Assembly (NCBI GenBank): GCA_965226495.1
Contig: OZ245365.1
Span: 2,560,001 to 2,624,000 of the forward strand
From: Candidatus Marinacidobacterales bacterium
Lineage (GTDB): Bacteria; Acidobacteriota; Vicinamibacteria; Marinacidobacterales; DATDRI01
DNA: 64,000 bases
Reading direction: 5' to 3'
Below the pieces are notes generated by a model, which worked only from the letters and a program-made list of their open reading frames with translations, did not search any database and was not told the DNA's origin. This document shows positions 49,419 through 59,202 of this stretch, piece after piece. Each line of letters begins with the position of its first letter. Position 1 is the first letter of the stretch. The position numbers and the translations under genes were made by a program.

Positions 49419-51527
49419 ATGATCGGGACCACTGTCACCCACTATCACATTACCGCCAAGCTCGGCCAAGGCGGCATGGGTGACGTCTATCGAGCGACCG
49501 ATCAGAAGCTCGGGCGTGAGGTGGCGCTCAAGGTACTACCCGACGAGATGGCGTCGAGCCCGGAAAGGTTGGACCGATTTAGGCGTGAAGCCAAAGCTCT
49601 CGCCGCTTTGGACCACCCGGGTATCGTCAGTGTGTTTTCCGTCGAAGAGGCCGTGGAGATGGGACCCGACGGCCTTGAAAGAAGAATTCACTTCTTGACG
49701 ATGCAGTTGGTCGAGGGCCGGTCCCTCGACAAGGTCATTCCGGACGGGGGGCTGCCACTTGAAACGCTCCTCAGTTATGCAACGGCGCTCACCGACGCTT
49801 TGGCGGCCGCTCACGAGAAAGGGATCGTACATCGCGACTTGAAGCCGGCGAACGTCATTGTCACCGACGGCGGACGATTGAAGGTCTTGGACTTCGGTCT
49901 GGCGAAGATCACGGCGCCACCAGACGAGAGGCTCGCCGACTCGGAGGCGCCGACCGACCTTCAGACGCGAGAAGGGGTCGTCATGGGGACGGTTCCCTAC
50001 ATGTCGCCGGAACAGCTCTCGGGCCGGACGGTCGATCATCGATCGGACATCTTCTCGCTCGGCATCCTTCTTTATGAGATGGCCGCGGGGCGGCGGCCTT
50101 TCGAGGGACGGTCTGGGGTGGAGCTCGGGTCTTCGATCCTTCGGGATACTCCTCCGCCGCTCAGCAGGGTGCGGCCGGACTTGCCGGCGGAGCTCGAGCG
50201 GGTCCTCTCGCGCTGCCTGGAGAAGGAACCCGCAACGCGGTATCAGAGCGCGTCAGAACTTTTGGAGGCGTTGGCGGCCCTCGGTCGCGGCGAGGAATCG
50301 AAGCCCCCGACCGGTCCGTCTCTTTCCCCGCCGCCGGGTCCGTCGATCGCGGTACTCCCCTTTCGAAATCAAAGCGGAGATCCGGAGCAGGAGGCGTTCG
50401 CTGCTGGAATTACCGAGGACATCATTGGTGGACTCTCGCAGAGTGGCCTTCTCTTCGTCATGGGGAGCAGTGCAACGGAACGCTACCGTAGTAAGACCGT
50501 CGATGTCCGGGAGATCGGCCGAGAGCTCGAGGCGCGCTACGTGCTACAAGGGGCCGTCCGGAAGGCTGGCGATCGGCTTCGCGTTTCGGCGCAGCTCGTT
50601 GACGCGTCGACTGGGATACAGGTGTGGTCGCAGAAGTACGATCGGAACCTATCCGCCAGTGACGTCTTCGATGTCCAGGACGAGATCCGCGAGCAAATCG
50701 TCGCGACGATCAGCGACGTCCATGGAATCATCTACTCAACCGGCCTCGAGGAAGCGCGGAGTCGCCCCACCGAGAATCTGGACGCCCATGAATGCGTCTA
50801 TGTGGCGCTAGCGTATGATAAAAAAATTAGCCCGGAGAACCACCTCCGTGCACGCGAAAGCTTGGAGCGTGCGGTCGAGTTGGATCCAGACTACTCCCTC
50901 GCCTGGGGCTATTTGTCTTGGATCTACACGGATGAGTACGTCTACGGCTTCAATGCCCTGCCCGATTCCATGCCCCGGGCGCTCGCAGCCGCCCGTCGCG
51001 CGGTCGATCTCTCCCCCAGGAACCACATAAACCGCTGGTTGCTATCGCGCGTCTACTTCTTCCGCCGGGAGCCCAGCCAGTTCTTCGCCGAGGCCGAGAA
51101 ATCGCTCGAGCTGCACTCGAGCGAAGGTACGACCCTGGGTCTCATTGGCGTGTATACCGCGTACGCCGGGAAATGGGATCGGGGACTCGCGCTGATGCGC
51201 AAGGCGGTCGTCCTGAACCCTCATCATCCTGGTTACTACTACATGGTTTTCGGCGCCGCCCACCTTCGCCAAGGCAAGTATGAAGAAGCGCTTCTCGAAT
51301 ACGAGAAGATGGATCTTCCGGGTTTTTTTCTGGCTCAGATCCCCCTAGTGGCAGTAAACGCGCACCTCCGGCGGGAGAGAGAAACGCAAGCGGCAATGGC
51401 ACAGCTTCTCGAGCTTCGTCCCGGCTACAATCTCGAGCAGTGCGCGGAGGACCTCCGTCGCTTCGGGTTTCCCAAAGATGTCGGGGAACCGCTGCTCAAA
51501 GGGTTGCGGATGGCGGGGTTGCCCTAA
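49419..51527 (+). CDS. Ser/Thr protein kinase with TolB-like and TPR domains
   Basis: GQGGMG, VALK, HRDLKPAN, DFG, YMSPEQ; SIAVLPF; TPR tail. Confidence 0.95.
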   Translation: MIGTTVTHYHITAKLGQGGMGDVYRATDQKLGREVALKVLPDEMASSPERLDRFRREAKALAALDHPGIVSVFSVEEAVEMGPDGLERRIHFLTMQLVEGRSLDKVIPDGGLPLETLLSYATALTDALAAAHEKGIVHRDLKPANVIVTDGGRLKVLDFGLAKITAPPDERLADSEAPTDLQTREGVVMGTVPYMSPEQLSGRTVDHRSDIFSLGILLYEMAAGRRPFEGRSGVELGSSILRDTPPPLSRVRPDLPAELERVLSRCLEKEPATRYQSASELLEALAALGRGEESKPPTGPSLSPPPGPSIAVLPFRNQSGDPEQEAFAAGITEDIIGGLSQSGLLFVMGSSATERYRSKTVDVREIGRELEARYVLQGAVRKAGDRLRVSAQLVDASTGIQVWSQKYDRNLSASDVFDVQDEIREQIVATISDVHGIIYSTGLEEARSRPTENLDAHECVYVALAYDKKISPENHLRARESLERAVELDPDYSLAWGYLSWIYTDEYVYGFNALPDSMPRALAAARRAVDLSPRNHINRWLLSRVYFFRREPSQFFAEAEKSLELHSSEGTTLGLIGVYTAYAGKWDRGLALMRKAVVLNPHHPGYYYMVFGAAHLRQGKYEEALLEYEKMDLPGFFLAQIPLVAVNAHLRRERETQAAMAQLLELRPGYNLEQCAEDLRRFGFPKDVGEPLLKGLRMAGLP

Positions 51528-51538
51528 GCGTTCGATAG

Positions 51539-51904
51539 CTAGTCCAGCACGATAGCATCGCCCTTTCGCACGATCCCTTCCACCAAAACAGCGCCGTACA
51601 CGCCGGCCATCCCTTTGTGGGCTTTGGCGACCGTCCGCAGGACCTCAGGATTGGATTCAGCCGTGTCGGGATCCAATGTGATCATCTTGCACCGCGGGTC
51701 GCGCTCGAGAATCGAGAGCACCGCCTTCGATCCGCTCCGAAGCGAGCGTCCGATGAAAGTATCCTCACCGAAGCCCCCGGCAGATTCCAGATCTACATAA
51801 ATGTTGGCGCGGAAACGCCGCGGGTCGACATCGTCGCCGATCTCCTCACCGAGTTGTCGGGCCGTTTGGACCGAGAACATCGACACCGGACGGCAATCCG
51901 TCAT
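51539..51904 (-). pseudogene. MOSC domain protein, 5'-truncated
   Basis: DPRRFRANI, ERDPRCKMITLDP, GVYGAV; N-terminal part missing. Confidence 0.7.
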
Positions 51905-51929
51905 CGCCCGGTCCGCGGGGCGGACCGGT

Positions 51930-52422
51930 TCTATGCTATTGACATGATCCGGTTAGAAGGATGGGCATTCTGGCTCGAAGAAATGATGATGCACGCGGGC
52001 TATCTCGATACCCGTCCCCAGCGGGCTCGTGAGATCGCCTACTGGCAGGCGGCGTTCCGCACCTGCCGCGCCATCGCCGACCTTAAGATGCACAGCAATG
52101 AATTCTCTCTTCAGGAAGCGATCGATTACGCCGTTGACTGCGCCCCTAACGGTTGGCTCATCCCCCAACAGCCCCCATGCCTGGTATGAAATGCAGACCA
52201 ACCTCCGCTACGTTGGATGGCACATGGGAATGGTCATCGGGAATGGTCATCGGCAAGCTCTCCATAAACCACATGATCGCCGAACGCGTACGGCAGGTGG
52301 GTGACGAGTTCAGTTATGAGGAATTCTTCGAGGAGTTTTTCTCTGCCGGTATCATCCCACTCTCACTCATCCGATGGCAGATGACCGGCCTCGATGACGA
52401 AATGCAAGTTCTGCTTCGATAG
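51930..52422 (+). pseudogene. DUF885-like C-terminal fragment with frameshifts
   Basis: EGWAFWLEE, ADLKMH, FFEEFFSAGIIPLSLIRW; 13-bp tandem duplication GGGAATGGTCATC at 52226-52251. Confidence 0.7.
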
Positions 52423-52602
52423 GTGACTTCAACGGTTGTTGTCTCTTCGGTCGTCCTTTGGGTATTCGTTCTTGTCGACGGGCGACGTTTGAAAATGAGA
52501 CACCTTTGGGCACCAATCGCTGCCACTCTCACCGTGGGGGTTTCGCTCGGCTTGCCTCTTTTCCTATATATGCGAGAAGCGAGACTCGCCCGGTCAGCGT
52601 AG
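52423..52602 (+). pseudogene. DUF2834-like membrane protein, C-terminal half only
   Basis: VVSSVVLWVFV..DGRRLKMRHLWAPIAATLTVGVSLGLPLFLYMRE. Confidence 0.6.
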
Positions 52603-52711
52603 CGGGTCCTACCGGTTGAAATCGCTTGCGAGGAAATAATAAGATCCGCTCCGGACAACAAACGAGGGAGTCGAATGACGACGAATAGCTACCGTGGAGA
52701 AGGAGAATAGG

Positions 52712-53125
52712 ATGAAACGAGAATCGGTGAATCCCTGGGATTGGGGTCTGAAATGGAGTATGGATCAGGGACAGATCGTAGAGGGTGCCACGCGGCATCT
52801 TCACTGCTCGGGGCAAGTCGCGCTCAAGCCGGATCCGGAGGCGGAGCACGGTGTTTCCGTGGTTTCTCCGGGGGACATTCGTGGACAAATGGAATCCTCT
52901 CTAGCCAACATCGATGCGGTACTGGCCAAAGCGAACATGAGCCGCAAGAACATCGTTGGCCTGCGATTCTTTACGACCGACATCGATGGATTTCTCGCCA
53001 ACTACGACGTCTACGCGAATTGGATTGCAGAGGCGGGAACCAGACCGCCTCAGTCGTTGCTCGGAATCCAGCGACTTGTTTTTCCCGAGCTCATGGTCGA
53101 GATCGAAGCCGAGGCGGCGGCATAG
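52712..53125 (+). CDS. RidA/YjgF family protein
   Basis: CSGQVA, ANIDAVL, PELMVEIEAEA. Confidence 0.88.
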   Translation: MKRESVNPWDWGLKWSMDQGQIVEGATRHLHCSGQVALKPDPEAEHGVSVVSPGDIRGQMESSLANIDAVLAKANMSRKNIVGLRFFTTDIDGFLANYDVYANWIAEAGTRPPQSLLGIQRLVFPELMVEIEAEAAA

Positions 53126-53145
53126 AGCAGACTACGGAGGTCAAC

Positions 53146-53496
53146 ATGATCAACGGTGCGCATTCGATCATCTACAGCAAGAGTCCTGATGAGGATCGCG
53201 CATTCTTGTGCGATGTCTTGAAGCTCCCGAATGTCGACGTCGGAGACGGATGGCTCATCTTTGGATTGCCCCCAGCCGAGGTGGCTGTGCATCCTTCCGA
53301 GAAGAACGACGTGCACGAGTTCTATTTCATGTGCGACGACGTCCAGGCGCTTATCGCGGAGATGGAAAAGCAAAAGATCGGCTGTAGTGAGGTGCAGCAC
53401 CTAGGCTGGGGTTTGCTCACACATGTCACTCTGCCGGGTGGTGGTAAACTCGGGATCTATCAAGCACGGCACGCTCGGCCGGAGAGTCGAAACTGA
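53146..53496 (+). CDS. VOC/glyoxalase family protein
   Basis: MINGAHSIIYS...GWLIFGLPPAEVAVHP...LPGGGKLGIYQ; GGAGG RBS. Confidence 0.85.
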   Translation: MINGAHSIIYSKSPDEDRAFLCDVLKLPNVDVGDGWLIFGLPPAEVAVHPSEKNDVHEFYFMCDDVQALIAEMEKQKIGCSEVQHLGWGLLTHVTLPGGGKLGIYQARHARPESRN

Positions 53497-55007
53497 TGAG
53501 CCTTTCCCGACGTCGGCTGTTGGCTCTAATGGGCGGGAGCGTCCTTGCCTCCTGCTCTTCCGATTCAATGATGGATTCCCAGACGCCTGGCGACGTCGAT
53601 GCCGAAACACTCCCGTTCGCCAGTCTGAGGGACGTCGCGCGCTTGATCGAAGCGAAGCGCATTTCCCCCGTCGAGCTTACTCAAATGATGCTCGACCGGA
53701 TCGCGGTCGTCGACCGCCGACTCAGAAGCTACGCAACGGTGATGGCCGACCACGCTCTGGCCGCAGCCCGTGTGGCCGAACAGGAAATTCACGCGGGAAA
53801 CTACCGCGGACCGCTTCATGGTGTCCCCATTGCAGTCAAAGATCTCTGCTACACGAAAGGTGTCCGCACCATGGGAGGGCTTGGCGTCTTGGCCGATTTC
53901 GTCCCAGACTACGACGCGACGGTCGTGTCGAAGCTCGAACAAGCAGGTGCGATTCTGCTGGGCAAGCTCAACATGACGGAAGGTGCGATGGCCGGGTACC
54001 ACCCAGATTTCGACATACCCGTGAACCCCTGGCGAGATGACCTGTGGGCGGGGGCTTCTTCGAGCGGGTCGGGCGTCGCGACCGCGGCCGGCCTCTGCTT
54101 CGCCTCTCTCGGTTCGGATACTGGAGGATCGATTCGTTTCCCTTCGATGACCAACGGAATCGTTGGCCTCAAGCCGACGTACGGTCGGGTGAGTCGGTAC
54201 GGCGTACTGGTCCTGGCCGCGTCATTGGATCACGTGGGACCGATGACCCGTCGTACCGCCGACGCAGCCATTGTTTTGGAGGCGATCGCAGGCTTCGATC
54301 CGAACGACCCGACATCGCTGGAAGCACCGGTTCCGAACATGCTCCAAGGGCTCGCCCGCGGCGTTGACGGCGTGACCATCGGTTTCGATCGGAGGTTTGC
54401 CACCGCAGGCGTCGACCCCGCTCTCGTCGCATCGATGGACGAAGCACTCGCCCAGTTGGAGCGATTGGGTGCAGAAGTGCGCGAGGTGGAGCTGCCCGAG
54501 TGGACGGATGAAATTCAACAAGCGTGGTTCACGATTTGCGCTTCCGAGGCTCGCGTCGCCCACGAAGCCAACTATCCCTCCCGCGCAAACGAATACGGAC
54601 AGTATCTTCGCGAGTTTCTTGCGCAGGCTTCAGACTTCACAGACGCGGACTACGCGGCCGCCAGCCAAATCCGCACCGAATTCAGCGACCGCTTCCGAGC
54701 CGCGTTGTTGAATGCGGATGCCATCGCGACCCCGGCTGGCGGTGTCCCGTTCGCCTTCTCCCAAGAATCGCAACGTGGTGGTATGGATCAATTCGATCGA
54801 TTGATTGAAAACCTCGAGCCGCGTTTCACTTTCCCGGCCGACTTCGCGGGCACGCCCACGATCTCCCTTCCTTGCGGATTCACAGAAGAGGGTCTGCCGC
54901 TCACGATTCAATTCATGGGTAGCGTACTGACTGAACCGATGCTGTGTCGGATAGGTCATGCCTACGAAGAAGCGACTGAGTGGCACGAGAAACATCCCGA
55001 CGTGTGA
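53496..55007 (+). CDS. Tat lipoprotein amidase
   Basis: SRRRLL, lipobox LASC, LHGVPIAVKD, GASSSGS, GSDTGGSIRFP. Confidence 0.93.
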   Translation: MSLSRRRLLALMGGSVLASCSSDSMMDSQTPGDVDAETLPFASLRDVARLIEAKRISPVELTQMMLDRIAVVDRRLRSYATVMADHALAAARVAEQEIHAGNYRGPLHGVPIAVKDLCYTKGVRTMGGLGVLADFVPDYDATVVSKLEQAGAILLGKLNMTEGAMAGYHPDFDIPVNPWRDDLWAGASSSGSGVATAAGLCFASLGSDTGGSIRFPSMTNGIVGLKPTYGRVSRYGVLVLAASLDHVGPMTRRTADAAIVLEAIAGFDPNDPTSLEAPVPNMLQGLARGVDGVTIGFDRRFATAGVDPALVASMDEALAQLERLGAEVREVELPEWTDEIQQAWFTICASEARVAHEANYPSRANEYGQYLREFLAQASDFTDADYAAASQIRTEFSDRFRAALLNADAIATPAGGVPFAFSQESQRGGMDQFDRLIENLEPRFTFPADFAGTPTISLPCGFTEEGLPLTIQFMGSVLTEPMLCRIGHAYEEATEWHEKHPDV

Positions 55008-55119
55008 CCATTCTGCCGGCAGCACGATAACGTCGCCAGGAGGTGGTCCCGTTCTCCGACCGGCTGCGGTAGAATACGGTCAGGCCCTTTGAGACAGGAG
55101 GTCGGACCTGAAAACAATA

Positions 55120-55377
55120 GTGAATAAGACGCACGAACCCCTCAGGATTCCTTTGCCGCGGGGCAAGACCCTTCACCTGGGGCCTAGCCAGACCGGTCAA
55201 ATCGCAGATGAGCATCTAGAACACAAGCCGCTCGAACGTTTGATCGACGCCGGCAAAATCGAGTGCAAAGACGCCGTCTCCGCCAAAGGAGTTCAGCACG
55301 ACCGTGGACGATCTCCTCACGAGTCGACCCACGGCCATCAGGCTCGGGGTCCGTCGCAGGTCAAGGGCGACCGCTGA
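55120..55377 (+). CDS. Small hypothetical protein
   Basis: AGGAGG RBS nearby; start uncertain (possibly a few codons upstream). Confidence 0.5.
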   Translation: MNKTHEPLRIPLPRGKTLHLGPSQTGQIADEHLEHKPLERLIDAGKIECKDAVSAKGVQHDRGRSPHESTHGHQARGPSQVKGDR

Positions 55378-55442
55378 GGCGCGGTCGCGCCAGCGATGAT
55401 TCTTTCACGCCGATTTAAGAGATCTCTGGATCTGTCCTACGA

Positions 55443-55703
55443 TCAACGGTAGACGTCCTTCCGATGCCCGACCTTGACGACATAGACCAAGAGAGTCTCG
55501 TCCTCGATCGAATACACGATTCGATACTTGCCATGACGAAGTCGATACCTGTCCCGCCCGGATAGCTTTTCACAGCCTGGAGGTCGGGGATCGACGGCCA
55601 GGCCCCGGATCCGACGTACGATACGCTGGCGGTCGGCTTTTTTGTCGATGGCCTCGATTTCCTTGAGAGCCGAGGTCTTGATGAAGACCTTATATCTTTC
55701 CAC
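55443..55703 (-). CDS. RelE/ParE-family toxin
   Basis: DPRPPGCEKLSG..YRLRHGKYRIVY...KVGHRKDVYR. Confidence 0.92.
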   Translation of the reverse strand: MERYKVFIKTSALKEIEAIDKKADRQRIVRRIRGLAVDPRPPGCEKLSGRDRYRLRHGKYRIVYSIEDETLLVYVVKVGHRKDVYR

Positions 55704-55923
55704 GTCTCTTGAGATCTTTGACGACGCTCTCGAAGGGAAGATTGGGCTCGCGGGCGCGATCCTCGAAGGCCGATAGGTCTTCGGCGTCCTCGGCCAGCGC
55801 GAACTTCACAGCATCGTTCACTAGGTCCGAGATAGGCCGATCGGTCTCAGCGGCCTTCAGCCTTAGAGCCCGGTGGATCTCGGGGTTGAAATAAACCGTG
55901 GCGCGCTTCGGTTCCTCACTCAT
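55690..55923 (-). CDS. RHH/CopG antitoxin
   Basis: KRATVYFNPEIHRALRLKAAE...ISDLVN; overlaps the toxin start. Confidence 0.88.
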   Translation of the reverse strand: MSEEPKRATVYFNPEIHRALRLKAAETDRPISDLVNDAVKFALAEDAEDLSAFEDRAREPNLPFESVVKDLKRRGKI

Positions 55924-55929
55924 GCTAAC

Positions 55930-55958
55930 ATTTTAACGTTTAAACGTTGAAACGTCAA
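55930..55958 (-). promoter_or_regulatory. TA promoter/operator
   Basis: TTGACG-N17-TAAAAT, 6 nt before ATG; overlaps palindrome AACGTTTAAACGTT. Confidence 0.8.
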
Positions 55959-56013
55959 GCCGTCCTGTGAGCCTTGGTGGACTTTTTTTCGGTACCGAAA
56001 TCTGAACATACTG

Positions 56014-57681
56014 TTACGTGGCGTCTTTGGCCTCAGCCAGCTCCGCCCGAGTAGCCCCCGCCGAGGCCAGCTCCACCAACTTCCCGTAGTAGTCCCGAGC
56101 CAATTCGGGCTTGCCGGCAGCCTTCGCCGCTCTTGCCGCTCCAAGATAAGTGTTGAAACGACGGGGTGCTTGGCTCATCGAAGCTTCATACTCCGCTAGA
56201 GCCTCCTCGGGACGGCCCATCTCCGCAAGCATGTCCCCTAGCTGCTCGTGCGCCGGAAGCACACGGCCCGGGCTGAGTCCGCTCTTATCGGTCTGACTTT
56301 CGAGCTCGGCCGCGGCGCGCATGAGTTCCACCGCGCGGTCCGATTCGTCCTTCGCCAGAGCGAGCCATGCCGTTGCTTGAAGCCTCAAGACCTCGGCGGT
56401 GTTGCGCGCCCAGACCATCTCGGCGCTTTGCATCTCACTTGCCAGCCGCTCGAGCTCGACCAGGTCGCGCTCTGCTTGTTCGGTCTGGCCACTGCGGGCC
56501 GCACCTACGACGCGCGCCCAGTAACGCAAAGCGACGGAGCCCCTAACCCAGTCGCTCCCACCCGCCTGCTCGGCAGCTTCGAGCGGCTCGAGGGAAGCGG
56601 CCGCTTCCCAATTACGTCTCTCGAACGCATATCGCACCGGGGCGGCGCCTGCGTTGAAGGCAATAACTCCGTTCCGCCAGTTCAGATTGTCTGTCGCGTT
56701 GATATCGTCGACGATAGCCCCCGCTTTCCCGTCCTCGCCTCGCTGCAAGTAGGCGTATACCAGATAGTCGAGTGCATGCATCTCGTTCATTTGCCCCTGG
56801 GCAACCCCGAAGCGTCGACCGCGCTCGCGCGCCGCTTCCGCGGAGCGGGTGTTCGCGTCGATGGAGTCCTCCCACATCCCCAGTTGAGTGAAGATGTGTC
56901 CCGACATGTGTAAAGCGTGCGGCATCGAGGTCGCGATGTCGAGGTAGCGGTGGGCGGCTTCGACCGCTCCATCGGCCAGCGCCGGATAGTCGTAACTATG
57001 GATGATGTAGTGGGCTAGTCCTGGATGGTTCGGCATATCGACGAATAGCGGCTCCAGCATACCGCCGGTTCGCTTCTGCACCGCATAAGTCTTGTCTGTC
57101 GGGTCCGCGTTACTCAGGAGAGCGAGCGCGTAGAAAATTTCGGCTTCCTTATCGTCCGGATTCTGCTCGTGCACCGTGGCCATCGCCTTTTCGTATCGGA
57201 TGGCGCGTGCCCGGTGCGGCGCGCCTGCTGGATCATCGAAGATCGTCCCAATCGCTTCGACGTAGAGTTTCTCCCGCTCGGTTGCCTCGAGGCTTCTTGC
57301 TTTTGCCACCGCGTCGGCACCCGATTTCAGCTCTTCGTCGCTCGGCGGCGCCCATAGAGGGTGGTAGTACGTCATGGCCACACCCCAAGCCGCCATCGCG
57401 CAGCCCGGATCCTCGGACGCAATCGTCTCGAACATTCCTCGCGCCTCGTCGAACTCGAACGAGTGGAGCGTGGCCACCGCACTGTCGAAGGCCACCTGGA
57501 CTTCTTCGGCGCAGGACGTCTCGAACCGCACATCCCCCACGACGTCCGCCGACTTCGCGCTTTCGCTAGGCGCGTCAACCTTCGTAGTCTCGGTACACGA
57601 TGCGAACACGAGCGAAAGGACGCAGACACTCGTCAATAACAAGCGGCTTGTTGCAAACATTTTAGGTCTCCTTGAAATCAC
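56014..57681 (-). CDS. TPR-rich lipoprotein
   Basis: Lipobox FASC, LHSFEF, HPGLAHYIIHSYD, PHALHMSGHIF. Confidence 0.85.
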   Translation of the reverse strand: MISRRPKMFATSRLLLTSVCVLSLVFASCTETTKVDAPSESAKSADVVGDVRFETSCAEEVQVAFDSAVATLHSFEFDEARGMFETIASEDPGCAMAAWGVAMTYYHPLWAPPSDEELKSGADAVAKARSLEATEREKLYVEAIGTIFDDPAGAPHRARAIRYEKAMATVHEQNPDDKEAEIFYALALLSNADPTDKTYAVQKRTGGMLEPLFVDMPNHPGLAHYIIHSYDYPALADGAVEAAHRYLDIATSMPHALHMSGHIFTQLGMWEDSIDANTRSAEAARERGRRFGVAQGQMNEMHALDYLVYAYLQRGEDGKAGAIVDDINATDNLNWRNGVIAFNAGAAPVRYAFERRNWEAAASLEPLEAAEQAGGSDWVRGSVALRYWARVVGAARSGQTEQAERDLVELERLASEMQSAEMVWARNTAEVLRLQATAWLALAKDESDRAVELMRAAAELESQTDKSGLSPGRVLPAHEQLGDMLAEMGRPEEALAEYEASMSQAPRRFNTYLGAARAAKAAGKPELARDYYGKLVELASAGATRAELAEAKDAT

Positions 57682-57752
57682 CGGGCTTCAGGCACGGCGC
57701 ATCATAGATAACCGGGTGCAGGAGAGCAAGGGTGTGCTAGCGTAATGAGCTA

Positions 57753-58175
57753 ATGAGCGGTGAACGTATGAAACGGCGGATTAGCAGCGGAGCGCCCATC
57801 GAGGAAAAGGCCGCCTTTTCCCGAGCCGTTATTGAGGATGGCTGGATCTTCGTTTCAGGCTGCACCGGTGTCGATCCAAACAGCGGAAAGATATCGGACG
57901 ACGTCGAAGAGCAGGCCCGCGAGTGTTTCCGCTCTATCGAAGGCGCGCTCGGCGAAGCTGGGGCGAGTCTTCGCGACGTGGTGCGCGTCCGTTACTTCTT
58001 GACCGATCGCGCTCATGCGGAACGGCTCTACCCCATCTTCCGCGAATACTTCTCGGGCATCAGGCCCGCAGCAACGGCGGTCGTGTGTGCGCTTCCCGAC
58101 CCTCGAGCGCTAGTCGAGATTGAAGTCACCGCGAAGGTGCCAGAGTCCCCCGCGGAAGAAGGACAAAAGGCATGA
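57753..58175 (+). CDS. RidA/YjgF family protein
   Basis: FSRAV, FVSGCTG, DVVRVRY, RPAAT, VEIEVTA. Confidence 0.9.
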   Translation: MSGERMKRRISSGAPIEEKAAFSRAVIEDGWIFVSGCTGVDPNSGKISDDVEEQARECFRSIEGALGEAGASLRDVVRVRYFLTDRAHAERLYPIFREYFSGIRPAATAVVCALPDPRALVEIEVTAKVPESPAEEGQKA

Positions 58176-58190
58176 GGAGTCTCATCGGAC

Positions 58191-59192
58191 ATGAAGCACG
58201 ATTACAAAGTTGAACGCCAGCCCATTGCCCGGCGCACGGTACTGAGCGGCGCCGCCGCCGGTTTGGTCGCCGCGGCCACTCCCCTCTTCGGCCAAGAAGC
58301 CACCCCGCCGGGTGTCAAGGGACCGCGGGTTTGGCTCGACCTGGATCAGAAGGAGCTCGATGACGCCTACGATCAGAGCGTCTACGCGCCGAACCTACGG
58401 CAGATCATCGGTCGGTGGATCACCAACAGCGAGGCCGTCCGCACGCGCTTGCCTACCCCGGAACGTCGATCCTACGGACCAACAAGTATCGAGGCTTTGG
58501 ACATCTATCGTACCGAACGTACGAACGCTCCCATCAATATTTACATTCATGGCGGCGGGTGGCGCTCCAGCGTTGCAAGCATGTATGCCTTCCCGGCCGA
58601 GCTCTTCGTCCATGCCGGCGCCCATTGGGTGGTGCCGGACTTCAACTCAGTCGACGATGTCGAAAGTAGTTTGATACCGCTAGCCGAGCAAGTACGCCGC
58701 GCGGTCGCATGGATTTACCGAAATGCCGAGAGCTTTGGTGGCGATCCGAACCGCATCTACGTTTCCGGCCATTCAGCGGGGGGACATCTGGCCGGCGTGA
58801 TCCTGACGACCGATTGGCAGAGGCTTTACGATCTGCCGCGGGACATCGTGAAGGGCGGTCTCTGCTGCAGTGGAATGTTTGATTTGGAACCCGTGCGGCT
58901 CTCGGCGCGGAGACACTACATCAAGTTCACCGACGAAATGGTGGAGACCTTGAGTCCCCAACGGAATCTCGACAAGCTCAGCGCCCCGGTGATCGTCGCC
59001 TACGGCTCGCTGGAGACCCCTGAATTTCAACGCCAAGCGCGAGACTTCGCGACCGCGGTGAAGGCTGCGGGCAAAGACGCGGAGCTTCTGGTCGCCGCTG
59101 GGTATAACCACTTCGAGGTCATCGAGACCCTGGGCAATCCCTATGGTGTCTTGGGCCGCGCGGTGCTGGAGCAGATGGGATTGAACGACTAA
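58191..59192 (+). CDS. Alpha/beta hydrolase, arylformamidase (kynurenine formamidase-like)
   Basis: HGGGW, GHSAGG, ETPEFQRQ, NHF; Tat-like N-terminus. Confidence 0.85.
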   Translation: MKHDYKVERQPIARRTVLSGAAAGLVAAATPLFGQEATPPGVKGPRVWLDLDQKELDDAYDQSVYAPNLRQIIGRWITNSEAVRTRLPTPERRSYGPTSIEALDIYRTERTNAPINIYIHGGGWRSSVASMYAFPAELFVHAGAHWVVPDFNSVDDVESSLIPLAEQVRRAVAWIYRNAESFGGDPNRIYVSGHSAGGHLAGVILTTDWQRLYDLPRDIVKGGLCCSGMFDLEPVRLSARRHYIKFTDEMVETLSPQRNLDKLSAPVIVAYGSLETPEFQRQARDFATAVKAAGKDAELLVAAGYNHFEVIETLGNPYGVLGRAVLEQMGLND

Positions 59193-59202
59193 GCTGCTAG
59201 GG

